This document shows, in pieces, positions 18,876 to 28,118 of a stretch of 64,000 bases of DNA (its first letter is position 1; every line of letters starts with the position of its first letter). The stretch covers positions 285,790 through 349,789 of the forward strand of contig CAVTBB010000003.1 in assembly GCA_963732855.1 (NCBI GenBank), read 5' to 3'. The translations under genes and the position numbers were made by a program. The notes beneath the pieces are model-generated. The model did no database searches and was not told where the DNA came from. It worked only from the letters and a program-made list of their open reading frames with translations. This DNA is from an uncultured Methanomassiliicoccales archaeon (GTDB lineage: Archaea; Thermoplasmatota; Thermoplasmata; Methanomassiliicoccales; UBA472).

Positions 18876-19556
18876 TGGCCGACATGTCCGCTCTACATAC
18901 ATTGACGGCAGAGCTGCATGTCGGTTTCCTGGCGATGGCCATGATCGGCATCGGGGTCACCTTCCTGTGCCAAATAGTCATCCGTTTTGGCCGAGGCGGG
19001 GTGTTCTCGCGAATGTCGGTTAAGATCAGGGGCTATACCGAAGCGGCCGGTATCATGGGCGCGTTCTTCGGCGTCTTCGCCCTGCTACTGTCAGCCTACA
19101 CTGGCATGGGCTCAAGGACATCGTTCGATATCCTGTTCAATGACCCCATTACGGCAAACAAGATCCTGCTGACAGTGGTGATCACAGGCATCTGGAGCAT
19201 GGTGGTTATCGTCAGGCTGGAGGTCGGAAAGAGGCTCTGGACCTCCGGAGGCTTCGCGCTGTTCTACACCGCCTTAGCGGTGTTTGGATTCACCCTGACC
19301 ACATTGACACGGATCCATGGGGGCGCACATCACGAAGGGGGAGAGCACGATCGACCCGATCCTGACCTCGATCGGCATCGACTATACCAAATTCTTCCTG
19401 CTGGATGCGAACATGGCCGTGATCATCTCGATGGTCAGTCTGGCGGTCATAGTCCTATGCATCTTCATGGCGGCGAGGATGAGACTGCTGAGAGTGAGGG
19501 TTGCCAAGCCCGACTCGAAGTGGACGCTGCCAACGATCGAAGAGTCGAAGAAGTGA
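18875..19556 (+). pseudogene. polytopic membrane protein 'B', interrupted by a 1-nt insertion near 19310
   Basis: It starts MADMSALHTLTAELHVGFL, with its ATG overlapping the upstream stop (TGATG). The frame breaks after ...FTLTTLT. The conserved GSMGAHITKGESTIDPIL then continues in ORF 19317..19556. Confidence 0.7.
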
Positions 19557-19597
19557 CGCGGAAACCCTTTCCTGGTCTTATTTTTCAATACCCAATT

Positions 19598-20126
19598 TCA
19601 AGTAATGATGATGGAGAGATACTTAACAATCTCGACGAGAACCCGATAGGCCGCTGTGATCCCTATCAATGCCAGATAGAACTCGAGGGGGTGGGATCAG
19701 TTGGAACAGAAGCCCGACCGGGGTGTAGGGCAGGATGAAGCAAGCACCACAATGGCGACACTGCTGAAGGTGAGCAATCGGCTCGGCTTGGAACGGTAGA
19801 TCGGTGTGACCCAGGTCCCGATCGTGAAGATGATGAGCACCCGGATCGCCAGGCCTTCGATGAAGCAGTTCGACTGGAACTGCTGGGGTGATGCATTGAA
19901 TATCAATAGCGGAATGATCACTCGGTGTCTCTCCTTATTGGCGGAGGGGCGGAGGTTTCTCCATCAGGAACGACTTCCCGGTCAGTGAGCTCTGGTCGAA
20001 GAAGAAGTCCTTGGCAGCCAGCACCTCCCGTCGGCCGGACTTTGCCTCCGACAGAAAGTAGGACAATGCCGCCCGGAACGATGGAGGAATCTTTGATCTG
20101 CTGGTCTTTCCCTTCCTCACCACCAT
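19598..20126 (-). pseudogene. decayed remnant of a Mg2+/cation P-type ATPase (MgtA-like): A-domain fragment plus C-terminal TM fragment, with frameshifts
   Basis: On the minus strand, 19935..20126 contains AKDFFFDQSSLTGKS, matching the DQSxLTGES motif. Region 19697..19921 reads QFQSNCFIEGLAIRVLIIFTIGTWVTPIYRSKPS.... Shifted frames continue ILPYTPVGLLFQL.. and PLEFYLALIGITAAYRVLVEIVKYLS*, resembling the MgtA C-terminus. The central ~1.7 kb of a normal gene is missing. Confidence 0.5.
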
Positions 20127-20544
20127 GGCCGTGCTGGTTACCTTTCCTTTAGCCTCCGGGTCGCTTGGTTGGACTCATGCTCTTGACAGAAGTCCAGGCC
20201 ACTGAACACAAGGAGGATATTATCCCGGTCCGGACGCTTGCGCCGGAGAGCCCGTAAAACGAACCATGCGAATCAGAAGCATGTCGATGAGCGGTTCTTT
20301 AAATAGAAAGGGTATTGCAGCAAAGATTCCGATATTTTGCTGCAATCTCGTCGGTCCATTGAACTACAGGAGCTCGGCCGCCTCATCATTAGAGACCGGG
20401 CGGTATGCCATTACCACCTCCCATGTTCAGCCTGGGTCATCTCCCGCGGAAGGGTCGGGGCCGACCATTGGTCAACAATTGAAGCGGACCGCCAATCAAC
20501 CTTCCCAGCGAATCCCTGCCCATGAAGATTCTAAAGCTAGAAAT

Positions 20545-21090
20545 ATGACAAGCCCGAATGATAACGGCGAGCTTATGGAATCCAACGCACCGACCATCCT
20601 CTCCATCCTTTCGGCCGCACGGCAGATCGAGATATTCGGCATCCAGTTCTACTCGAAAGTGGCAACTTGTGTGGCAGATGAGAACGGCAAGGCCCTCATG
20701 AGATCACTGGGGGCTGACGAGCGAACGCATAAAGAAACAATAGAGGAAGTGATGCGGCACCTTTCACCAGACCTGGACCTCGATGAGATCGAACCGGAGA
20801 AGGAATTCCTGGACATCATTCCAAAGAAGGTATTCCCTTTCCCTCCGGAGGGCACCTGCCTCACTGCCCAGGATGAGATCAGGGCGGTACAAATCGGGCT
20901 GGACGTGGAGATCGCCTCCGTCAAGATGTACCTGGATGCAGCCGCGTTGGTCGATGACCAGAGAGTAAGGAACATTCTTGTTACCCTTACCAAGATCGAA
21001 GAGAAGCACAAGATCCTCCTTGAGTCATCCTTGCTCATGCTGAAAACGGATGGCAGCTGGTACGCTTACACTCCGATATTGGAAGGATAA
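20545..21090 (+). CDS. ferritin-like / rubrerythrin-family di-iron protein
   Basis: Start placed at MTSPNDNGELME (20545); the upstream part of ORF 20266.. looks non-coding. Four-helix-bundle ExxH pairs are present (GADERTHKE, KIEEKHKIL). Confidence 0.6.
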   Translation: MTSPNDNGELMESNAPTILSILSAARQIEIFGIQFYSKVATCVADENGKALMRSLGADERTHKETIEEVMRHLSPDLDLDEIEPEKEFLDIIPKKVFPFPPEGTCLTAQDEIRAVQIGLDVEIASVKMYLDAAALVDDQRVRNILVTLTKIEEKHKILLESSLLMLKTDGSWYAYTPILEG

Positions 21091-21256
21091 AGGAACCTTT
21101 GGTCCCACCGCCCGAGGCGAAGCCACATGACTCTTAACAAGGTATAGGGGACGGTCCGTCAGCAGATTTTTATATCCGTCCTCCATGCTTACTCCAACCT
21201 ACCAACGGCTATCGGCTCTCTTATCTGATACCGCCCGGTGTTCAAGAGGTATTTGA

Positions 21257-22492
21257 ATGGTCAAGTTACCAAAAAGCCTTGAAAGAGATATGGCTGCATG
21301 CCTTCAGTGCGGATACTGCGTCCAGGTCTGCGATACTTATAATCAGAACCGCTGGGAGTCGAACTCCCCTAGGGGCAAGGTCTTCTACCTGAGCGCGCTA
21401 GCCAAGAGGAACGCTCTGGACACCTTGTTGGGGAGGAAGATCAAATTGGACCAGGAGTTCATCGACGCGCTGTATCAATGCACTGGATGCGCCAGATGCC
21501 ATACGGTCTGTCACGTCAGCATCGAGTTCGCCGAGTTCTGGGAAGTGGTAAGGGAGTGGGCCCACGAGCAGGGCTATGGACCTTTGCCGGCGCATGTCAA
21601 GATCCGGGAGAGACTGGAAGAGAAACGTAACCCGTACGATGAACCGATGGAGAAGCGCGGAGCATGGTTCCCCAAGGAGATACCACGATCGCCGCAGCCT
21701 GACATATTGTTCTTTGCTGGATGCACCGCATCGTACCGGACACCACATCTCGCCAAGGCAGGGGTCACCGTTCTGAGTCGAGGAGGCGCCACCATCAATA
21801 TCTTGGGAGAAGACGAATGGTGTTGCACGTCACCGGCGCTCAGGACCGGACAGACCAAGCTCACCGCCGAGTTCGCTGAGCATACTATCACCCACGTTGA
21901 GACCATGGGTGCCAAGTCAATGGTCATGACCTGCGCCGGATGCTACAAGACCTCCTCCCACGACTACGGCAAGTACTACTCTAACCCAGCATTCGTTGTG
22001 CAGCACTTTTCGCAGGCTGCCGAGAAGATGATCAAGGACAAGAAGCTCAAGTTCACCAAGGAGATCAATGCAAAGGTCACCTACCACGATCCGTGCCACC
22101 TGGGACGCCACGCTCAGGTGTTCGACGCGCCGCGAGAATGCATAAAGGCGATCCCGGGCGTCACACTGGTGGAGATGAAGCACACCCGAATGGACTCCCG
22201 ATGCTGCGGCGCCGGAGGCGGCTACAAATCGGCCTTTAACGAGATGGCGGTAAACATTGCGGCTGAGAGGGTCAAAGAGGCCGTCGAAACCGGAGCTGAC
22301 ATCCTGGCAACAGCTTGCCCCTTCTGCGTGGTCAATCTACAGCAGGGCGCTAAGAAGATCGGCGCCAAGATCAAGGTTATGGACATCTCGGAGATGATGT
22401 TGGAAGCCACTGAGCCTTTGCCGCCTGCTCCTGCCGAGGCACCTGTTGCCCCTGCACCAGCAACTCCCGCCGCAACAGACGAGAAAAAGTAA
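21257..22492 (+). CDS. HdrD/GlpC-family Fe-S oxidoreductase (2x[4Fe-4S] ferredoxin domain plus two CCG domains)
   Basis: Fe-S motifs CLQCGYCVQVCD and CTGCARCHTVCHV. CCG-type motifs FFAGCTASY, WCCTSP, YHDPCHLGRH, RCCGAGGG and ACPFC. Confidence 0.75.
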   Translation: MVKLPKSLERDMAACLQCGYCVQVCDTYNQNRWESNSPRGKVFYLSALAKRNALDTLLGRKIKLDQEFIDALYQCTGCARCHTVCHVSIEFAEFWEVVREWAHEQGYGPLPAHVKIRERLEEKRNPYDEPMEKRGAWFPKEIPRSPQPDILFFAGCTASYRTPHLAKAGVTVLSRGGATINILGEDEWCCTSPALRTGQTKLTAEFAEHTITHVETMGAKSMVMTCAGCYKTSSHDYGKYYSNPAFVVQHFSQAAEKMIKDKKLKFTKEINAKVTYHDPCHLGRHAQVFDAPRECIKAIPGVTLVEMKHTRMDSRCCGAGGGYKSAFNEMAVNIAAERVKEAVETGADILATACPFCVVNLQQGAKKIGAKIKVMDISEMMLEATEPLPPAPAEAPVAPAPATPAATDEKK

Positions 22493-22500
22493 ACGCTAAT

Positions 22501-22530
22501 GCCGGTCACTGACCGGCCACAATTTTCCTC
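22501..22530 (+). terminator. putative terminator: palindrome plus T-rich tract after the HdrD-like gene
   Basis: The palindrome GCCGGTCAcTGACCGGC (22501-22517) is followed by CACAATTTTCCTCATTC. Confidence 0.4.
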
Positions 22531-22627
22531 ATTCTTGTCCTGAAAGGAATGGCCATTTTCGGTGTTCTGTCGCAAAGATTCAAGTATCGATGCACTTTCG
22601 TTAAGCAGGTCATCCTGGACAGTTACC

Positions 22628-25369
22628 ATGGTATTCGAGCTTCTGGACGAGAGGATCAGGAAGGTCCTCTCTGACAAGGAAATCAGCATGCCCACCGGGC
22701 CCCAGATGGAGGCCATCCCACACATACTGGCGGGTAGGAACATCCTTCTTGTGGCACCAACCGGAATCGGCAAGACCGAGGCAGCGATGCTACCCATTTT
22801 CCACAAGCTCATCTCCACCGAGGGGAAGGGCATACGTTGCATCTACGTCACGCCGTTACGGGCGTTGAACCGAGACATGCTGAGGCGTCTGGAAGAGTTC
22901 GGTGACGCCCTTAACCTGCGGGTAGCTGTCCGTCACGGCGACACGCCCCAATCGGAACGAACACACCAGTCCAAGTACGCACCGGACGTGCTCATCACGA
23001 CGCCGGAGACATTGCAGATCATGTTCACCGGTAAGAACCTGAGGCAGCACCTTGCGCATGTGAAGTTCTTCGTTGTCGATGAGATACACGAGCTGGCGAA
23101 CGACGAGCGCGGCGCTCAGCTCTCCATCGCAATGGAACGCCTGGTCTTTCTGGCGGGGGATTTTCAAAGGATCGGGCTATCTGCCACCGTCGGGAGCATC
23201 CAGGAAGTGGCCAACTTCCTAGGGGGCTCAAAGCGTTCGGTGACCATTGTTAAAGCCCAGATCGCTAAGGAAATGCGGCTGTCGGTACAATACCCGGAGG
23301 TCACCGACGAGGACCGTGATCTTGCCGGAACCTTGCAGAGCGATGCCCAGCTCACAGCATGCATGCGGCGCTGCCGGAAGATGATCGAGGACCATCGCTC
23401 CACCCTACTCTTCGTCAACACCCGAGACACGGCTGAAGCGCTAGCCGCCCGGTACCATATCTGGGATGAGGAGTTCTCGGTCGGCGTCCACCACGGCTCG
23501 CTGTCGAAGGAGACCCGTATCGAGATGGAGGAGAACTTCAAGGCAGAGAAGCTGAAGGGACTGATCTGCACGTCCTCGCTGGAGATGGGCATCGACATCG
23601 GTTCAGCAGACTACGCCATCCAGTACAACTCCCCTCGCCAAGTGGCTAGATTGATCCAAAGGATGGGGCGGGCGGGACATCAGGTCGGAGCTTACTCGGA
23701 GGGTGCCATTGTCGCTTCTTCCCCGGACGAGATAGTTGAATCGCTGGTAATCACGCGTAAAGCGCTGAACGAAGAACTGGAACCACTGCTTGTCCGTCCC
23801 AATCCGATGACCGTTCTGGCCAACCAGCTGGTCGCCATGACGATGCAGGGCGAGGTCAACAAGGACGACGCATATGCGGCCTGTGTCCGCACCTATCCGT
23901 TCCGAGACCTCACCCGGGAGGAATTCGACCAAGTGCTCGACCAGATCCAAAAGATCGGCCTGGTCTTCGTCGACCGGGATAAATACCGCCGGTCTGCGCG
24001 GGGCCGGAAGTACTTCTACGACAACATTTCGATGATCCCGGACGAACGGACGTACATGATCCGAGAACTGTCCAGCCGTAAGATCGTAGGCACGCTTGAC
24101 GAGTCGTTCGTGGTCTCTTTCGCAGAACCTTATGCCACCTTCATAACACGTGGTCGGACCTGGAGAATTGTGGAAGTGCGAGAGGACGAGCTGCTGGTAG
24201 AACAGGTCCGAGAGATCGGCTCCATCCCTTCGTGGGTGGGGGAGGACATCCCTGTCCCGTACGACGTGGCACAGGAGGTGGGCCGTCTTCGCCGGTTAGA
24301 GGATTATTCCGAATACAATGGGGACGGGGCTTCGGTGAAGGCGGTCAAGGATTACTTCGTCGAGCAGCGGGCCAAGTTCCCCATGCCTACGGATAAGAAG
24401 GTGACACTGGAGATAGGGAAGCGCCTCGCGATCCTCAATGTCTGCTTTGGCACAAAGGTCAACGAGACGCTGTCCAAGATGCTCTCTATCCTTTTGACCG
24501 CCCGGCTGGGGGAGTCCGTAGGAGTCACGACCGATCCGTACCGCATCATCCTCGACCTACCTCGGGACATCAAGCCGGACATGATCATCGAGACGTTGAA
24601 GGGCATCCGCTCAGATACCGTCGAATCGCTGGTAAGGATGGTCATAAAGAACTCGAGCCATTTACGGTGGCGTTTCGTCTACGTAGCGAAGAAGTTCGGC
24701 GCCGTGGACAAGGATGCGGATTACAAGAGCGTAAACTTCGGTCGATTGGTCGAGGCGTACGAGAACAGCCCGATATTCGACGAGGCGATCGCAAGGGTCT
24801 TGTGGGAGGACTTCGATCTGGACGGAACGGTGGAGGTCGTCCGTCGCATCGAGAGCGGCGACCTGGAGTTCCAGGTCTGCGGACTCACGCCGATAGGCCG
24901 GGCCGGGCTGTCGCATTCGAAAGAGCTGATAACGCCCCAGCGTGCCGATCACTCTATACTGATGGCGCTCAAGAAACGCCTGGAGGAGGAGCAGATGCAC
25001 ATGTCCTGCCTGAGCTGCAGCTCCCAGTGGCGCCTCCGGGTGCGCGAGGCGCCAAAGACGCTTGTCTGCCCGAAATGCGGGGGACACATGATCGCGGCGC
25101 TCAATCCTTACAATAAGGACCTAGTCAAGCTGGTGAGGAAGAAGAACCTAACCGAGGACGAAGAGAAGGAACTGCGCAAGCTGTTCAAGAATGCCAGCCT
25201 GGTGATGAAGAACAGCAAGAAGGCGATGACCGCGCTCGCCGGTCGCGGCATCGGCCCAGATACCGCCTCCAGGGTGCTGGCCGGGTTCTTCGACAGTGAG
25301 GATGACTTCCTGAGGGAGATCCTCAGCGCCGAGATCAACTATGCGAAGACCAAACGTTTCTGGGATTAA
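22628..25369 (+). CDS. lhr: Lhr-family ATP-dependent DNA helicase (superfamily 2)
   Basis: Start placed at MVFELLDERIRKVL. Walker A APTGIGKTEAA, DEIH box and QRMGRAGH. A C-terminal Zn ribbon is present (CLSCSS...CPKCGG). The length and order match archaeal Lhr. Confidence 0.85.
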   Translation: MVFELLDERIRKVLSDKEISMPTGPQMEAIPHILAGRNILLVAPTGIGKTEAAMLPIFHKLISTEGKGIRCIYVTPLRALNRDMLRRLEEFGDALNLRVAVRHGDTPQSERTHQSKYAPDVLITTPETLQIMFTGKNLRQHLAHVKFFVVDEIHELANDERGAQLSIAMERLVFLAGDFQRIGLSATVGSIQEVANFLGGSKRSVTIVKAQIAKEMRLSVQYPEVTDEDRDLAGTLQSDAQLTACMRRCRKMIEDHRSTLLFVNTRDTAEALAARYHIWDEEFSVGVHHGSLSKETRIEMEENFKAEKLKGLICTSSLEMGIDIGSADYAIQYNSPRQVARLIQRMGRAGHQVGAYSEGAIVASSPDEIVESLVITRKALNEELEPLLVRPNPMTVLANQLVAMTMQGEVNKDDAYAACVRTYPFRDLTREEFDQVLDQIQKIGLVFVDRDKYRRSARGRKYFYDNISMIPDERTYMIRELSSRKIVGTLDESFVVSFAEPYATFITRGRTWRIVEVREDELLVEQVREIGSIPSWVGEDIPVPYDVAQEVGRLRRLEDYSEYNGDGASVKAVKDYFVEQRAKFPMPTDKKVTLEIGKRLAILNVCFGTKVNETLSKMLSILLTARLGESVGVTTDPYRIILDLPRDIKPDMIIETLKGIRSDTVESLVRMVIKNSSHLRWRFVYVAKKFGAVDKDADYKSVNFGRLVEAYENSPIFDEAIARVLWEDFDLDGTVEVVRRIESGDLEFQVCGLTPIGRAGLSHSKELITPQRADHSILMALKKRLEEEQMHMSCLSCSSQWRLRVREAPKTLVCPKCGGHMIAALNPYNKDLVKLVRKKNLTEDEEKELRKLFKNASLVMKNSKKAMTALAGRGIGPDTASRVLAGFFDSEDDFLREILSAEINYAKTKRFWD

Positions 25370-26025
25370 AGTCTGGCCCGAACCGGGTTGGTAAGCGTTC
25401 CTACCCCTTCGATCCTCATCTCGATCATGTCGCCCGGCACTATCGGCCCCACGCCGCTAGGTGTTCCAGTGGCGATGATGTCCCCTTCCTCCAGCGTCAT
25501 CCACTTGGAGATGAAGGCGATGAGCTCCTCCGGCGTATAGATCATCATGGACGTGCTGCTGTTCTGCCTGACATTCCCGTTCACTCGGCACGAGATCTCC
25601 AGATCGTGGATGTCATGTGCCGCCGCAAGTGGTTTCGGTTCAGACATCGGCGCAAAGGTGTCCATTCCTTTGCTCAAGGACCAAGGCAACCCGGCCTTGC
25701 GATACGAGCTTTGGATGTCCCGGGCGGTCACATCGTTGAAGACGGCCACGGCGGAAACGTGCGACATCGCTCTCTCCTTCGGAATGTTCTTGCCGGTCTT
25801 GCCGATGATCAGAGCCAGTTCGACCTCGTGGTCGACCCTTCCGACGCCATCGGGGATAAGGATGTCGTCTCCATTGCCGATCAACGACGACGTGGGCTTG
25901 AGGAATATGACCGGTTCGGCAGGCAACTCGCTATTGAGCTCCTTGATGTGCTCCCTATAGTTCTGGCCGATGCAAACGATCTTGCCACTTCTAATTGGAC
26001 ACGCCCCCTGCACAGATCGGTTCAC
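25366..26025 (-). CDS. fumarylacetoacetate hydrolase (FAH) family protein
   Basis: 219 aa with KIVCIGQNYREHIKE, DHEVELALIIGK and GDIIATGTPSGVG. Confidence 0.8.
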   Translation of the reverse strand: MNRSVQGACPIRSGKIVCIGQNYREHIKELNSELPAEPVIFLKPTSSLIGNGDDILIPDGVGRVDHEVELALIIGKTGKNIPKERAMSHVSAVAVFNDVTARDIQSSYRKAGLPWSLSKGMDTFAPMSEPKPLAAAHDIHDLEISCRVNGNVRQNSSTSMMIYTPEELIAFISKWMTLEEGDIIATGTPSGVGPIVPGDMIEMRIEGVGTLTNPVRARL

Positions 26026-26270
26026 TCTTCACAGGGGTTGTCCCGCTCGGATACGGTCTCGAACTTCAGGAGGACGTTCATCCCCTTCATCGTCGCGTGC
26101 ACCTTGTCTGCCAGGTAGATAGTATCGTCAATGGTGGCGTTCTTATCCCATTTGAAAATGCCATCATAATTACCCTTGGTCGGTTCAAAACCCAGGTTCC
26201 GGAGCGCGTCCAGTATCTCGGAAGGGCGCCTACCCTCGGAACTGAACGTGACGGTGATGTACGTCAACAT
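26022..26270 (-). CDS. small conserved-looking hypothetical protein
   Basis: Start placed at MLTYITVTFSSEGRRPSEILDALRNLGFEP. The upstream part of ORF 26022..26459 overlaps the end of rlmE and looks non-coding. Confidence 0.45.
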   Translation of the reverse strand: MLTYITVTFSSEGRRPSEILDALRNLGFEPTKGNYDGIFKWDKNATIDDTIYLADKVHATMKGMNVLLKFETVSERDNPCEE

Positions 26271-26316
26271 AAAGAGCGATACCCCGCTCCGCTCCTTTAA
26301 CCATTGCGGAATTTTG

Positions 26317-26961
26317 TTAGTTGTCGTCCCTTTCCTTGGGGAGCTCCACGTGCTCTGCTCCTCTAAACCTTCTGGCGATGATATAGACCTCGGAGGAGCT
26401 GTCCCTGGAAGCCTTCGGAGCGTACATGCGGACGTTATCGAAGTACTTCCTAACCTCAAGGACGAACTCCTTGGTGTCCTTTCCCTCGAAGATCTTCATG
26501 ACCAATGTGCCGTTATCGACCAGGGTCTTCTGGGCGAACACGAGCGCATACTCGCACAGTTCGACGGAGCGGGCCTGGTCGGTGTCATAGGCACCGGATA
26601 TGTTGGGGCTCATGTCGGAAAGGATGACATCGGCCTTACCGGCTATCATGTACAGCAGTTTTTCCACCGTCTCGGGCTTCCTGATGTCGCCACGGATCGT
26701 TTCGACCATCCCGTCGACCGGTGCGATGCTCTGCAGGTCCACTCCGACCACGTGGCCGGACTCGGTGACCCTCTCCGAGGCGACCTGCAGCCAACCTCCT
26801 GGTGCAGCGCCCAGGTCCACTACCACGTACCCGGGTTTCATGATGTGGAAACGGTCGTCGATCTGGATGAGTTTGAAGGAGGCCCGGCTGCGATAGTCCA
26901 GCTGCTTCGCTTTACGGTAGAAGAAGTCCTTACGGCGGGCCGAGAGCCAGTTCTTGGACAT
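26317..26961 (-). CDS. rlmE: 23S rRNA 2'-O-ribose methyltransferase RlmE/FtsJ
   Basis: Start placed at MSKNWLSARRKDFFYRKAKQLDYRSRASFKL. SAM motif VVDLGAAPGGW, plus DVILSDMSPNISG. Confidence 0.85.
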   Translation of the reverse strand: MSKNWLSARRKDFFYRKAKQLDYRSRASFKLIQIDDRFHIMKPGYVVVDLGAAPGGWLQVASERVTESGHVVGVDLQSIAPVDGMVETIRGDIRKPETVEKLLYMIAGKADVILSDMSPNISGAYDTDQARSVELCEYALVFAQKTLVDNGTLVMKIFEGKDTKEFVLEVRKYFDNVRMYAPKASRDSSSEVYIIARRFRGAEHVELPKERDDN

Positions 26962-27091
26962 AACGTCTGTTCGATGCAATCCCGGGATAAAACGTTTGTC
27001 ATCAGACGTCGCCGAGTGTGGATATTTCTGCGTGATTGGTTGCCATGAAAGACTATTTAGACGCCGGACCGATTTACCTTCGGTGCCTTCC

Positions 27092-28117
27092 ATGACCAAG
27101 AACGACTGGACGTACGCCCGCGCTGGTGTCGACATCGAACAGAAGTCCCGCTCTATCGCTTCGCTTGTCAACAAGCTCACCTACCGCAGGACCGGCAAGG
27201 GCAGGGTCATCGACATCAAGGGACAGTTCACCAGCCTGATCGATTTTGACGGCACCATTCTGACACTATGCACCGATGGCGTCGGGACGAAGCTTCTCAT
27301 CGCCGAGGCACTGGAGAAGTGGGACACGGTAGGCATCGACTGCATAGCCATGAACGTCAACGACACCATCTGCGTCGGCGCCGAGCCGTTCGCGTTCGTC
27401 GATTATATCGCCATAGACAAGCCGGACGAGAGGATCACCGAGCAGATCGGCATAGGCCTGGAGAAGGCCGCAGAAGAGTGCAATGTGGACATAGTCGGCG
27501 GTGAGATAGCGGTCCTCCCCGAGATCGTCAGGGGTGTCGACCTGTCAGGAACCGCACTGGGCTGGCTGGAGAAGGAGAAGATCGTCGACGGCAGCAAGGT
27601 CCAGATCGGCGACGCCATCATCGGGCTCAGGTCATCCGGAATTCATTCCAATGGGATGACGCTGGCCAGGAAGGTCCTTGAATCCGCTGAGGTCAAACTG
27701 GACCAGAAGTTCGACCGTTTGGGGAAGACCGTCGGCCAAGAACTGCTAACGCCGACCGAGCTGTATGTCAAGAAGGTGGTGGAACTGGTGGATCAGGTCA
27801 CGGTCCATGGCATGGTCAATGTGACCGGTGGCGGTCTGAAGAACTTCGTCCGCTTGAAGAAGGATGTGCTCTTCGAGGTATCTAATCCGATCAAGCCTCA
27901 GCCCGTGTTCGAGATGATATCAGAATTAGGCAAGGTGAGCGCGATGGAGATGTACAAGACCTTCAACATGGGTATGGGCTACGGCATCGTGCTCCCGCAA
28001 GAGAACGTCAAGAAGGCGTTGCAGATCCTGGGCGAAGGGGCAAAGGTCGTCGGCCAAGTGTCCGCGGGCAACGGGGTCGGAATATCATCACTGGGCGTCC
28101 ACTACGAGAACTACTGA
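27092..28117 (+). CDS. purM: phosphoribosylformylglycinamidine cyclo-ligase (AIR synthetase)
   Basis: Start placed at MTKNDWTYARAGVDI. Motifs DGVGTKLLIA, DCIAMNVNDTICVGAEP, SSGIHSNG and FNMGMG. Confidence 0.9.
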   Translation: MTKNDWTYARAGVDIEQKSRSIASLVNKLTYRRTGKGRVIDIKGQFTSLIDFDGTILTLCTDGVGTKLLIAEALEKWDTVGIDCIAMNVNDTICVGAEPFAFVDYIAIDKPDERITEQIGIGLEKAAEECNVDIVGGEIAVLPEIVRGVDLSGTALGWLEKEKIVDGSKVQIGDAIIGLRSSGIHSNGMTLARKVLESAEVKLDQKFDRLGKTVGQELLTPTELYVKKVVELVDQVTVHGMVNVTGGGLKNFVRLKKDVLFEVSNPIKPQPVFEMISELGKVSAMEMYKTFNMGMGYGIVLPQENVKKALQILGEGAKVVGQVSAGNGVGISSLGVHYENY

Positions 28118-28118
28118 A

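Noticed and set aside
18767-19738. The 323-aa ORF as one intact gene, with ORF 19317..19556 as a separate small gene
   Set aside because: The first 36 codons overlap the upstream gene's tail. After about 19310 the translation (..RIHGGAHHEGGEHDRPDPDLDRH..) loses all similarity to the paralog at 17194. The paralog-like sequence instead continues in ORF 19317..19556. This is one frameshifted gene.
20266-20544. Long N-terminal extensions given by the ORF track (20266.., 26954.., ..27180, ..26459, 22562.., 55078.., ..877)
   Set aside because: The extensions overlap neighbouring genes or intergenic DNA and have odd, Arg/Ser/Pro-rich composition. Internal ATG or TTG starts reproduce the canonical family N-termini (for example MTKNDWTYARAGVDI for PurM and MSKNWLSARRKD for RlmE).
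21257-22492. The CARCH string as a c-type heme-binding CxxCH motif, which would make this protein a possible Ccm client
   Set aside because: The string lies inside a ferredoxin-type CxxCxxCxxxC motif (CTGCARCHTVC). The protein has no signal peptide and carries CCG domains. It is a cytoplasmic Fe-S protein of the HdrD/GlpC type.
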